This document shows positions 18,480-27,720 of a stretch of 43,072 bases of DNA, piece after piece. The stretch's first letter is position 1. Each line of letters begins with the position of its first letter. The position numbers were made by a program, and so were the translations under genes. The DNA is from an uncultured Candidatus Sumerlaeota bacterium. Its GTDB lineage: Bacteria > Sumerlaeota > Sumerlaeia > MWCT01 > JAUWMI01. The DNA lies in assembly GCA_964630455.1 (NCBI GenBank), contig CAZVVA010000002.1, forward strand, positions 1 through 43,072, given 5' to 3'. The notes below the pieces were generated by a model. That model was given only the letters and a program-made list of their open reading frames with translations, was not told where the DNA came from and ran no database searches.

Positions 18480-19676
18480 TTACTTTGTCGAGCTTGCAGA
18501 TGTTTGCTTTCCTCGAATTCGTTGTCGCCATCTGGTTTTCACTTTGCTTAGAAATCCCATTCTCCTCATAGCGAATTCTCCCAGAGCTGAGATTCCAGAG
18601 CAGGTTCCTCTGATTAGATTAATTGTCTGAGGTTTAAATCGCCGGGAGAAAAGATACACCGTAACCTCAGGCCAAGAGCATGTGCAGTAGGATCTTTTGT
18701 AATCAGCGTGGCCAAAGCCAAAATCAATTTGTTCTATACTATTAGAATTACACAACTCCTCCAAGACTTTGACAAATAATAGTGTTCCTAGACTAAATCG
18801 TCTCCATTGCGAATCATACCCAATGTAGTTAAGGTGTAATGTATTTCTATATTGAATTCCAATCTGGAATGCTGAAGGGACATTTTTACAGTATAGCACA
18901 TGGGCTTTTAGCCAGCCAAGTCTGGCTCTTGAAGCAAGCAATTTTCGGTATTTCTCATTGTCCACGAAACTAACGCCCATTGCAAACTGGTATGTCTTTC
19001 GAGACACAAATCCTGCATCTTTGGAAAGTCTTGAAACGTCGGATTCTTGTTCGTAGCTCTTCACATACCACTTCCCCCTCAGATTATCTGTCAGACGCCG
19101 CATCTGCCGTCTTATTTCATGACGATGCTTGGTTGATAGCCTTCCATAGAATTCCTCAACATTACGTGGGATTTCCATATTCCAATGAACGTTAGTCAGC
19201 CAGGGACGTCCTCGTTCGAGTCCTCTCACTTTTCTTCGCAAGTACTTGTACAGGTTGGATTCAGAATGAATGTGGTTAAAGGTCACTACATCTGCCGTAC
19301 CAGAGGCTAAAGCCATACGCAAATGTCGAAGCAGAAAGTCGAATTCATTCTCGCCAGGATCTCCCAAAACGCCGCCATATACAAAAACAATTTTCTTAAT
19401 GCTGGGCTCCCATATCTTCTTATATCCTATTGTGCACTTGATCTTGCCGGAAGATAGCCGGCCTACTACAAGCGTTTGTAATTTGTTTTTCGCCTTAATA
19501 GCTACAATGTACGGAGATTCCTCTTCCCCACAAAACTCAAGATTAGCCAAATACCCGTCAATGTCGGCATTGGGAGTGGTTTCAGCACAAGAATCCTGCA
19601 ATCTTACCCAATCCTGGCGTATAGATTCGACCCCTTCGAGACTGGTTATGGTTTCGATTTTTAAATCAGTTTTCAT
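18480..19676 (-). CDS. GNAT-fold acyltransferase of the CelD/BcsL (Acetyltransf_6-like) type
   Basis: The protein is 398 aa. Its C-terminal motif 'FSLGTLLFVKVLEE....IEQIDFGFGHADYKRSY' resembles the 'DfGrG..YK' signature of CelD-like GNAT proteins, and the overall length and layout fit that family. Confidence 0.6.
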   Translation of the reverse strand: MKTDLKIETITSLEGVESIRQDWVRLQDSCAETTPNADIDGYLANLEFCGEEESPYIVAIKAKNKLQTLVVGRLSSGKIKCTIGYKKIWEPSIKKIVFVYGGVLGDPGENEFDFLLRHLRMALASGTADVVTFNHIHSESNLYKYLRRKVRGLERGRPWLTNVHWNMEIPRNVEEFYGRLSTKHRHEIRRQMRRLTDNLRGKWYVKSYEQESDVSRLSKDAGFVSRKTYQFAMGVSFVDNEKYRKLLASRARLGWLKAHVLYCKNVPSAFQIGIQYRNTLHLNYIGYDSQWRRFSLGTLLFVKVLEELCNSNSIEQIDFGFGHADYKRSYCTCSWPEVTVYLFSRRFKPQTINLIRGTCSGISALGEFAMRRMGFLSKVKTRWRQRIRGKQTSASSTK

Positions 19677-19805
19677 TTGAAAACCCTGGATTAGAATATT
19701 CAGCGACGATCAGAGGCATGGGTGAAGAAGAGCATTTGCATGGTTAACCTGAGAATCTCATTTGTTCTGTAATTTGTTTACAGGTATATTCTAGTTAGTA
19801 GACAC

Positions 19806-20732
19806 TTATTTTAGGCCAGCACGTATTCCCTTGAGTAGACTTTCGATCTGTCTTTCATCCATTCCTTTTAGCCGTTCAAAGAGATCCTTTCGAACCCTCC
19901 TGATAAGAGAAAACAGCACGGGATGAAGGTGCAGATATGCGGGCAGTGCAAGCACACGGGCGCCACGTTCGATCTTAAAATTATTCACGCTCTGTTTTGC
20001 AGATAACGTCCCAGTGTATATGCACTGGATATCTGATTGTTTAGCGGCACATATTCTGACCGTATGCAACATTAGCTCAGAGGAACGCAAATTCATCCCT
20101 TCAAGAGAATTCAAAGCGCTAAGGAGGAACAAAACATCTTTCACCAAGCAGTTTGTCCATATACTTACAAGCCCATTCTTGGAATAGGCACCCCAAATTC
20201 GTACCTTAGGGAAGCGAAATAGGAGCCGTGCCCAATCAGCAAATACCTTCTCATCGATCCGGTCTTTTCTGTATGAATAACCTGTCCGCTTATAGAAGGA
20301 AAGGTAAACTTGAAACCCTTCCTCAATAAGTTGATCCACACTTTTTATCAGACATACTGTTAAGCATTTGGATGGCTTTTGGATTCTTCGTCGGAAGCTC
20401 GACCCAAGACTGTTTTCCTTATAAGCTTGAGGTTGTTCGAAGACCAAAAGGTTCATATAAGAATTGTGTAGGTGTTTTGCAGACACAGGATGTTGAACCG
20501 CTGCAAATTTGCCAAAAGATCTTTTTGTCTCGCTAGTAGACAATTCCACAAAGGGAAACAGCGGCCTGTAGAAATATGGACGTACTCGGTGCCACCAAAT
20601 TTCCCCTTTCTTCTGGAGTTTTGCTCCCATTGCTTTTTCAAATTCGGCGTACTCGTCTATGCTCATGCGCTTCCACAAGGGCATTGCGTCTATTGCAGTG
20701 TTTTCAGAAAGCCTCTGAGTCAGTGTTCTCAT
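19806..20732 (-). CDS. Fem/GNAT-fold acyltransferase-like protein, paralog A
   Basis: The protein is 308 aa and is clearly paralogous to 21573..22439: 'MSIDEYAEF..AMGA', 'FYRPLFPF.EL', 'FADWAR.LFRFPKV', 'NKFKIERGARVL..PAYLHLH'. The '..FK...GA' tail resembles Fem/GNAT (COG2348-like) proteins. It shares an ATGA overlap with the upstream methyltransferase stop. Confidence 0.5.
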   Translation of the reverse strand: MRTLTQRLSENTAIDAMPLWKRMSIDEYAEFEKAMGAKLQKKGEIWWHRVRPYFYRPLFPFVELSTSETKRSFGKFAAVQHPVSAKHLHNSYMNLLVFEQPQAYKENSLGSSFRRRIQKPSKCLTVCLIKSVDQLIEEGFQVYLSFYKRTGYSYRKDRIDEKVFADWARLLFRFPKVRIWGAYSKNGLVSIWTNCLVKDVLFLLSALNSLEGMNLRSSELMLHTVRICAAKQSDIQCIYTGTLSAKQSVNNFKIERGARVLALPAYLHLHPVLFSLIRRVRKDLFERLKGMDERQIESLLKGIRAGLK

Positions 20733-21553
20733 AGTTGTTTCTTGCCACGTGCCGTTTTTTTAACAACAAAGAAAAGACTCTTGTCCGGAGAAAAGCTAGT
20801 CAGGAAGGACGGTCGCTTGCCCTTTTCGATATTGCGGCTGGAGTTGAAATAGATAAGCTTTAATCCGAGCTGTTGGAGTGTCTTCTGGATGCCAAATGGT
20901 GTGGAATAATGGTGATACCAGCCTTTGCGAACTTTATCCCCCCATTCCCAACCTGGTTTACTCCGACCGCTAATTCTCCGGCCAAGGTACTCTAGGGTAA
21001 GCCAGATCCACGCGAGCCATCTTTTGCCAAACGCCAGCCCAGATTTGCAAGAAAGAATGAAGCATCCACCTGGTTTGAGTATTCGGTGGACGCCCTCTAG
21101 TAATTGCCTACGGCTGGCTTTTCCTGGGATTTGGTCAAATCCATTGAATGAAAAGAGGACGTTCTGATACGATTCATCGGGAAAAGAGAGTTTTCGCGCA
21201 TCCATGGTCCGGAAATCAAGTTCAAGACCGTATAGAGCCGCCTGACTTTTCGCGGCCTCAATCATTTCCGGAATGAGGTCAATTCCAGTGACCTTAAATC
21301 CCTTTTGCGCCATGGCAATGGTTGTTCGACCAGCGCCACATCCTAAATCAAGTACGGAACTCTGCGGCTCAAAGTACCGCTCAATCAAAATTTCTTCAGA
21401 TCGCCATAAGCCGACCGTCATGTATTTGCGGACAAACTTAGGATTGGAATACTCGGCCTTAACGAAGTCATCAGGTGAAAGAATGCCCTTGTCCGGCCAA
21501 TCTATGACAATTCTTTCTTTTGAGCTTCGTATGTCCGCCATTTCCCTTACCAA
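20729..21553 (-). CDS. Class I SAM-dependent methyltransferase
   Basis: Motif I 'VLDLGCGAGRTTIAMAQKGFKVTGIDLIPEMI' and motif post-II/III 'ILKPGGCFILS'. Confidence 0.85.
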   Translation of the reverse strand: MVREMADIRSSKERIVIDWPDKGILSPDDFVKAEYSNPKFVRKYMTVGLWRSEEILIERYFEPQSSVLDLGCGAGRTTIAMAQKGFKVTGIDLIPEMIEAAKSQAALYGLELDFRTMDARKLSFPDESYQNVLFSFNGFDQIPGKASRRQLLEGVHRILKPGGCFILSCKSGLAFGKRWLAWIWLTLEYLGRRISGRSKPGWEWGDKVRKGWYHHYSTPFGIQKTLQQLGLKLIYFNSSRNIEKGKRPSFLTSFSPDKSLFFVVKKTARGKKQL

Positions 21554-21572
21554 TATCCCAAAACCATAGCTG

Positions 21573-22439
21573 TTATCTACACATTGTAGTTTTCATTTTG
21601 TTTTGCACCTGTCTTTCATCCAATCCTATCAGTCGATGGTACAGACTTTTTCGGGCGAACTTGATCAAAGAAAGAAGCCCACGATGAAGATGTAGATAAG
21701 CAGGCATAACAAGAACGCGCGCCCCTCGCTCGATCTTGAACTTGTTTAAACTCTCTTTCTGTGCGAGCCATCCAGAATATATACATTTGATTCCCTCATG
21801 CTTTGCAGCAAAATCTCTTATTGTGTGAAGCATCAGCTCCGGCGACTGCAATTCAAGCGCTTCACCAGAATTGATGCTGTCTAGATAAAATAGGGTATCT
21901 TCCACTAAGCAGGTGATGTCGATTTGCACCAATTTATTCTGGGAATATGCCCCCAGGACTACAACTTTGGGAAAGCGAAATAGGCTACGAGCCCAGTCGG
22001 CAAATATTCTTGGATTTCTTCGATCGCTCTTGTAGGAGAAATGTGTCCGTTTATAGAAACATAGGTACACAGGATACCCTTGAGCAGTAAACTCCTCCTG
22101 ATCAAGTATGGGACGTATCGTCAGACGTTTGTACGTCTTCAAGATTCTTCTTTTATTAACCTTTGGCAAGGTACTGAGTTTATATGAGTCCGGCTGTTCG
22201 TAAACGATGAAATTCATGTGAGAATTGCAGGTCTCTCCTCGAGGAACTGCATGTTGCATAGCACCCAGGCATCGCGGATGTTCGTCTACATCTCGAGAGG
22301 TCAATTCTAAGAAAGGGAAGAGCGGGCGATAAAAGAAAGGATGCTGTTGTTGCCACCAGACCCCATTTTTTTGCCGGAGATTTGCTCCCATTGCCCTGTT
22401 GAACTCAGCGTATTCATCTATACTCATTCGTTGCCACAT
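21573..22439 (-). CDS. Fem/GNAT-fold acyltransferase-like protein, paralog B
   Basis: The protein is 288 aa and is collinear with paralog A over its whole length (motifs listed there). Confidence 0.5.
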   Translation of the reverse strand: MWQRMSIDEYAEFNRAMGANLRQKNGVWWQQQHPFFYRPLFPFLELTSRDVDEHPRCLGAMQHAVPRGETCNSHMNFIVYEQPDSYKLSTLPKVNKRRILKTYKRLTIRPILDQEEFTAQGYPVYLCFYKRTHFSYKSDRRNPRIFADWARSLFRFPKVVVLGAYSQNKLVQIDITCLVEDTLFYLDSINSGEALELQSPELMLHTIRDFAAKHEGIKCIYSGWLAQKESLNKFKIERGARVLVMPAYLHLHRGLLSLIKFARKSLYHRLIGLDERQVQNKMKTTMCR

Positions 22440-22453
22440 GGCGAGTTACCAGA

Positions 22454-23671
22454 TTATTTTCCGTACCTTGGGCTCGAATATTTGCAATGCCTTTGCAAGC
22501 CCCCTCGGATTTTTGAAAATGCCTTGCTTACGACATACTGGATCCACGCAATAAATGGCATGGGATCTTTCCAAGACAAAATAGCAAAAATCTTCTTCTT
22601 CTTCAAATAAGGCTTTACGTACTCCCTGATTGTGAAATGCTCTATATTGCGTGACATTATCAGGTGCATCAAATCTTTTGTAATATCTATCCAGTGAATT
22701 CCCATTTTCTGTTTACGAAAAGGTGGGATTTCGTTGTACATTAAGTGTCGGTATATGATCCATGGGAAATTTATGCCGCATTTTACTGCCAGAGAGCCGG
22801 AAAGGTTAGTTCTGCCATTTACTTCAATAAATTTGTAAACACCGTCGCGAATATCACGTTTAAATTCTGTGCATGAGAAACCGGAAAAGCCTAGCTCCTT
22901 GAGTATAGTTCGGCTCGGCTCAATGATTTCCGGTATCCGCTTGCTTAGAAGTACCCTTGGGGATCCGAACTTCGGCGGATGAACCCTGACTTTTTCAGCT
23001 GTGAATTCTGCCACGGGCGAGCCATCCCAGAAGTATGAGTTGTAATTGACACCATATGTGTCGTCGCCCGGGATCAACTCTTGAATCATCACTTCCAACC
23101 CCGCTTCTGACGCTCTGTTGAAAGATGTATATAGATGTTCGTCATTTTTAACTTCGAACATCTTACATCCGAAGATTTCATAGTACTTGTGTGCCTCGCA
23201 TTAATTGACCAGGCAAGGGTAGTCTATGTCATTTTTAAATCTTTCAATATCTTCTACTGAGTTAGGGACCACGGTCTTAGGAGATGGTATTCCTAATTTC
23301 TCTGCAAGACGGTATGTGTGTTTCTTTACTACTATTTTTTCGAGGAGCTCCCAATCAGGAGCAGCTACAACGTATGCCGATTGCAGTTCATGCTTATGCT
23401 TGGAAATAGCAACGATTTCAAACTCGTCACAGGGAAGAAGCAGGCTTCCTTTCCAGTCTTTTCCTTTGTCAAGAAGGAAAGAAATGAATTCGTCTTCCGA
23501 GGTTAGAACGTTTGGTACCCAGACTTTCTGTCGGATGTACTTTGACACCTGCCCCATCTCGCTTTTTTGGTAATACAAGGCTATAATAGGGACGCCCTTC
23601 TTTCCTAGGCTTCTAATAACTGCCAGTCCTGGAATGAGACAGGGAATAACTATTGCCGTTTTATTATTCAT
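22454..23671 (-). pseudogene. ATP-grasp carboxylate-amine ligase (COG3919 / D-aspartate-ligase-like) interrupted by one in-frame TAA
   Basis: The track ORFs 23201..23671 (pre-ATP-grasp, 'AIVIPCLIPGLAVIRSLGKKGVPIIAL...DIDYPCLVN*') and 22454..23161 are in the SAME frame. Read on the minus strand, the junction is ..TAC CCT TGC CTG GTC AAT TAA TGC GAG GCA CAC AAG TAC TAT GAA ATC TTC GGA TGT AAG ATG TTC.. Read through the stop, the product would be ~404 aa, a normal length for this family. Confidence 0.7.
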
Positions 23672-23697
23672 AGGACTTTTCCATGTGTTAAATTTAC

Positions 23698-24801
23698 CTA
23701 ATTGTGGCCGAAGTCCGCAATTGCCGCAGTCACAGTTTCAATTTGCTCGGCGCTTAATTCGGGATATATAGGCAAAGAGAGGAGTTCCTGGACGCACTTT
23801 TCAGTCACTGGAAACGAGCCCTTTTGATAGCCGAGGGACGCGTATGCTGGCTGTAAATGAATTGGAACTGGGTAGTGAATTCCACAGTGAATACCTTTTT
23901 TAGCCAAAGCATTTTTCAGATTGTCCCGATTTCTTGTGCGAATTGCATATATGTGATAAACATGTCTTGCATACTCTGCTTCCGTGGGAATTACCATGCT
24001 TGAGTTCTCAAGCAATTCATTGTAGCGCCGTGCACAGGTGCGTCGTGCTTTGTTCCACTCGGATAGATATTTCAATTTTACACTCAGAATAGCGCCCTGA
24101 AAACCGTCCATGCGTGAATTCCATCCGATCCACATGTGTTCATGTTTCTGCTTTTGGCCGTGATCGCGGAGCATGCGAATTCTTTCTGCAAGGGACGCAT
24201 CGTTTGTGACTATAGCGCCCGCCTCGCCGTATGCACCGAGGTTCTTGCCCGGGTAAAAGCTAAAACATCCCGTGCTACCCAGGGAGCCCGCAGGCTGTCC
24301 TTTGTATTGAGCCCCATGTGCCTGGGCTGCATCTTCTACGACATAGAGACCTTTTTCCTTTGCCGTTGCCAGAATTGCGTCCATATCGGCAGTGTGACCA
24401 AATAGATGAACAGGAATGATGGCTTTTGTCTTTTTCGTAATCACTGATTTCAGCAAATCAGGATTCATGTTGTAGGTTTGCTCATCAACATCTACGAAAA
24501 CGGGCCTAGCGCCAGTGAAACTAATAGCTTCTGCTGTGGCAATGAACGAATTCGGGGCAGTGATCACTTCATCCCCGGAACCAATTCCAAGAGCGAGAAG
24601 ACTTAGCCAAAGCGCTTCCGTGCCACTGCCCACACCCACGGCAAACTTGCAGCCACAAAATGAAGCAAACTCTTTTTCAAATCTTGCAACAGCCGGACCG
24701 CTTGCAAATGCGGTGTCGTCCATAACCCGCGTTAATGCTTCGTGTATCTCATCTCGGATTGTAGCATATTGTACTTTCAAGTCTAGAAATGGAACAGTCA
24801 T
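23698..24801 (-). CDS. DegT/DnrJ/EryC1/StrS-family PLP-dependent sugar aminotransferase
   Basis: N-terminus 'VPFLDLKVQY..IRDEI', 'GSGTEAL', and PLP-lysine region 'CFSFYPGKNLGAYGEAGAIVTND'. The protein is 367 aa. Confidence 0.9.
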   Translation of the reverse strand: MTVPFLDLKVQYATIRDEIHEALTRVMDDTAFASGPAVARFEKEFASFCGCKFAVGVGSGTEALWLSLLALGIGSGDEVITAPNSFIATAEAISFTGARPVFVDVDEQTYNMNPDLLKSVITKKTKAIIPVHLFGHTADMDAILATAKEKGLYVVEDAAQAHGAQYKGQPAGSLGSTGCFSFYPGKNLGAYGEAGAIVTNDASLAERIRMLRDHGQKQKHEHMWIGWNSRMDGFQGAILSVKLKYLSEWNKARRTCARRYNELLENSSMVIPTEAEYARHVYHIYAIRTRNRDNLKNALAKKGIHCGIHYPVPIHLQPAYASLGYQKGSFPVTEKCVQELLSLPIYPELSAEQIETVTAAIADFGHN

Positions 24802-25280
24802 TTCTTCTTCTCCTCATTGATTCTGCGCATAATTCGAGCAGGATTTCCGGCGACGATTGTAAACGGTGGAACATCTTTTGTCACAACACTTCCCGCACCC
24901 ACAATAGCCTTCTCGCCAATTGTGACTCCGCATAGTAAAGTGGTACTCGAACCGATTGAGGCTCCTTTTCTTACCAGGGTTGGCACGCAGACCCAGTCTT
25001 CATCTGTCTGCAATGTACCATCTTCTTTAGTTGCATGGGGAAACGCATCGTTAATAAAGGTCACATTATGTCCGATGAACACATTGTCTTCGATAGTTAC
25101 CCCTTCGCAAATAAATGAATGACTCGAAATCTTGCAATTTTTACCTATTTTGCTTCCTTTCTGGATCTCTACGAAGGTCCCGATCTTCGTATTATCGCCA
25201 ATCTCGCAGCCATAAAGATTCACGAAGTCATAAATTTTGACATTCTTGCCAAGCTTAACGTCAGAAGCGATATTTTTCAT
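24798..25280 (-). CDS. Left-handed beta-helix (hexapeptide repeat) sugar N-acetyltransferase
   Basis: Hexapeptide repeats 'IGDNTKIGTFVEIQKGSKIGKNCKISSHSFICEGVTIEDNVFIGHNVTF' and 'IGSSTTLLCGVTIGEKAIVGAGSVV'. It shares an ATGA overlap with the downstream DegT start. Confidence 0.85.
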   Translation of the reverse strand: MKNIASDVKLGKNVKIYDFVNLYGCEIGDNTKIGTFVEIQKGSKIGKNCKISSHSFICEGVTIEDNVFIGHNVTFINDAFPHATKEDGTLQTDEDWVCVPTLVRKGASIGSSTTLLCGVTIGEKAIVGAGSVVTKDVPPFTIVAGNPARIMRRINEEKKK

Positions 25281-25283
25281 TCG

Positions 25284-25739
25284 TTAAGACCGTTTAAGGA
25301 AATCTATGATTATTTGTTCAATACTACATTTTGGAGGAACATAGCACTTAAACTCTAAACTTCGTACCTTCATTAATACATCTTTTAGTTTATCAAGATC
25401 TTTGCACCATATTAGATAGCCCTCGCGCGACAACTTCTCCAGAATTTCGTCTTGATGTTTATCAGGGATATTCGGATTACTGACGCCAACAAACTTTACA
25501 TGCCGACGAAGTAACTCGAAAGTTGTTCCTACGCCACCAGAACCCACTACCAGCGTCGCTTCCTTAAAATAGTGGTCTAGGGAGGGCGCTAGGCGAAACC
25601 ATTCGCAATTATGAGGCTCATATTTCCCCGTGGCTATCTGCATAATAACTGGTTCATCGATCAACGGCACAAGTTCATCCATACGTTGTATGAGCTGATC
25701 GTTGCCTACATTAGAACTGCCAACAGTAACGAAGATCAT
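25284..25739 (-). CDS. Alg13-like (GT28 C-terminal domain, PssE/Cps14G-type) glycosyltransferase subunit
   Basis: 'MIFVTVGSS...' is followed by 'LVVGSGGVGTTFELL', as in the catalytic half of split UDP-sugar transferases. Start ATG 25739 overlaps the TAA of the upstream gene (TAATG); the track start at 25868 lies inside that gene. Confidence 0.7.
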   Translation of the reverse strand: MIFVTVGSSNVGNDQLIQRMDELVPLIDEPVIMQIATGKYEPHNCEWFRLAPSLDHYFKEATLVVGSGGVGTTFELLRRHVKFVGVSNPNIPDKHQDEILEKLSREGYLIWCKDLDKLKDVLMKVRSLEFKCYVPPKCSIEQIIIDFLKRS

Positions 25740-26326
25740 TAGAATGGTCTCCCAGCGTAAATTGCGCGAGGATAGAGCGTAAGCTGTTCTTCCCATTGGA
25801 CAAAGAAAAGATCCGCAAAGAGATGATACGCAACAAAGCCAGATAAGGATCGGCTCTTTATACGGCAAGCTGACTCAATGAATATTGTCTTTCGGCGCAA
25901 AAGCCAAGCAGCAAACATCACCGCTAGCGCACCACCACTACCGTTGGTAATTATGGCATGTGCGCGAACTTTTTTTAACAGCCTTATGGATTGTATAACG
26001 CTGGGCATAAAGCAAATTACTTTTCTCATCAGGGAACATACACCGCCGGCTCTTATTGAGCGTAGGCTTGGCCAAATTTTGTAAACTGGCCCGGGGACGC
26101 GAATTTTGTGTTTGGTTAACAGGTCATCCTTGCAAATAATGTAGGATATTTCTATTTCAGGGGCGAACCTATCTGCAAGAGCCAATATTTCAAACGCATG
26201 ACCTCCTGCCATTAGGACAACGGTTACGGATATCTGGCTCTTCGGCGTCCTTCCGTTGTGTGTGGGAATTTCTTCTTTTTGTCCCGGTTTCAATAGCAAG
26301 TCAGAAGTCTCATTTGTCTTCCGCAA
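25739..26326 (-). CDS. Alg14-like (PssD/Cps14F-type) glycosyltransferase membrane-anchoring subunit
   Basis: 'VVLMAGGHAFEILALADRF', 'IITNGSGGALAVMFAAWLLRRKTIFIES..R.KS.SLSG' and 'ADLFFVQWEE' match the Alg14-like family layout. It is paired with an Alg13-like partner. Confidence 0.7.
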   Translation of the reverse strand: MRKTNETSDLLLKPGQKEEIPTHNGRTPKSQISVTVVLMAGGHAFEILALADRFAPEIEISYIICKDDLLTKHKIRVPGPVYKIWPSLRSIRAGGVCSLMRKVICFMPSVIQSIRLLKKVRAHAIITNGSGGALAVMFAAWLLRRKTIFIESACRIKSRSLSGFVAYHLFADLFFVQWEEQLTLYPRAIYAGRPF

Positions 26327-26564
26327 TGGGCAACCACCTTCTGGGGGTATCCAGCCAGGATAGTTTTCATATTGTTAACGGAGCCGAGTCTCTTCTGCTA
26401 TTATTCTTAGCATTCTCTGTTCTTCATCTAGTTTTTGCTCAATGTGCCATCTTACACGAGCGTTGGCCAGCGAAAGCCTTTGCATGAAATCGATTTACTG
26501 ACCGGCAATTGGCTTCAGCCCTTACAATCCTATGGCCTATGCGGCTAATCTGGGAACGCTCTTT

Positions 26565-27296
26565 TCAAGTAGCTGCCTTAGAGTTTTTTCGTTCAATTGC
26601 GTAAAGCTCTCTAATAGTAATAGGCGTCAATCCTTTATTGCGCGCCAACTCAAGAACCAATTCGAGGACTCGAAGCGTAGCCTCAGTGCCACCCTTTGTA
26701 AAATCGGAACGTCGGTCATGGAATAATATTACCGTTCCATTGGAAATGTGCTCTTGCATTCTCCGGGGAAATACATTTTCCCAGGAGAATCTGTAATCCT
26801 TCGGATCTAGGCTCCAAAATACGGCGGTCTTTCTGTTCTGATAAATATAAAGCATTGATACAAGATTTAATTTCCCATAAGGCGGTCGAAAAAAGCTAAT
26901 TGCCCCATTCTTGGTATATGCCGCGAGCTGGTGTTTACCTTTCCATAAATCCACCCATGTTCCATAAGGTCCGGTGAGCCATGGGTGCTTATGTTCGTAA
27001 CCATGTTCGCCCAATTCGTGTCCTTCCTCGACGATTCTTTTCATAAGATCTGGATATCGTTTCACGTTCTTGCCGATTGGGAAAAAGGTTGCTTTTGCAT
27101 TAAACTTTGCAAGAATGTCAAGTATCTTGGGCGTGCATACTGGATCCGGACCATCGTCAAATGTCAGGCAGAGGCCCGAACTCTTTCTTGCCAATTGTAA
27201 AAACTCCTTCCGCAAAAATAGCTTCACCATCCAGGGCAAGAGAATATAGAAGATAGCGATTACGACGATAGTTACTAGTGCTACTTTGATCCACAT
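26565..27296 (-). CDS. Membrane-anchored NodB-type polysaccharide deacetylase
   Basis: It has an N-terminal TM helix, then canonical motif 1 'LCLTFDDGPDP', 'NAKATFF', motif 2 'HELGEHGYEH' and motif 3 'FFRPPYG'. Confidence 0.85.
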   Translation of the reverse strand: MWIKVALVTIVVIAIFYILLPWMVKLFLRKEFLQLARKSSGLCLTFDDGPDPVCTPKILDILAKFNAKATFFPIGKNVKRYPDLMKRIVEEGHELGEHGYEHKHPWLTGPYGTWVDLWKGKHQLAAYTKNGAISFFRPPYGKLNLVSMLYIYQNRKTAVFWSLDPKDYRFSWENVFPRRMQEHISNGTVILFHDRRSDFTKGGTEATLRVLELVLELARNKGLTPITIRELYAIERKNSKAAT

Positions 27297-27720
27297 ATTA
27301 GAGCTTTCCGGGCATTTCTATGATATTCAACTTTTCATAAGGATCGATGAGCTCTCTTTTTCCAATCGCGAGATTCCAGATCAGGTACACCTATTCTTTC
27401 TACATTGACAACTATGAAATCCAGCCCCGGCATTTCCATAATCAAGCCGTGTTTACTCGTCTTACTTCCGGTTCACTACACTCGTTGGTTATACACTGGG
27501 TTCAATCCTTAGCATCATGGGGCGGGAAAGCCCCCCCTACAATCTTCAGCAAGATGTACCGAAGCGATGATACCTTTGCTGTAGTTACGGAATACCCTTT
27601 CCGTTCCAGACATTCCTCCTTAGGCCGAACACCTTCGTCATGAGGGTAATGTGACAAGTGCTATCTTTAGTAAAGTAAGTTGCTTTACCCTATGCCGATA
27701 AACAAAATGGCTATTATTTC

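Noticed and set aside
23201-23203. The in-frame TAA in the ATP-grasp gene as evidence of stop-codon reassignment or programmed recoding.
   Set aside because: TAA terminates other well-defined genes in the window (gpsA, the Alg14-like gene, the Wzz-like gene), and no recoding signal is evident. A nonsense mutation or sequencing error is the simpler explanation.
26375-26485. A 36-codon minus-strand ORF (MQRLSLANARVRWHIEQKLDEEQRMLRIIAEETRLR) in the 238-bp gap upstream of the Alg14-like gene.
   Set aside because: No Shine-Dalgarno sequence lies upstream and there is no recognisable family. It is too short to distinguish from chance.
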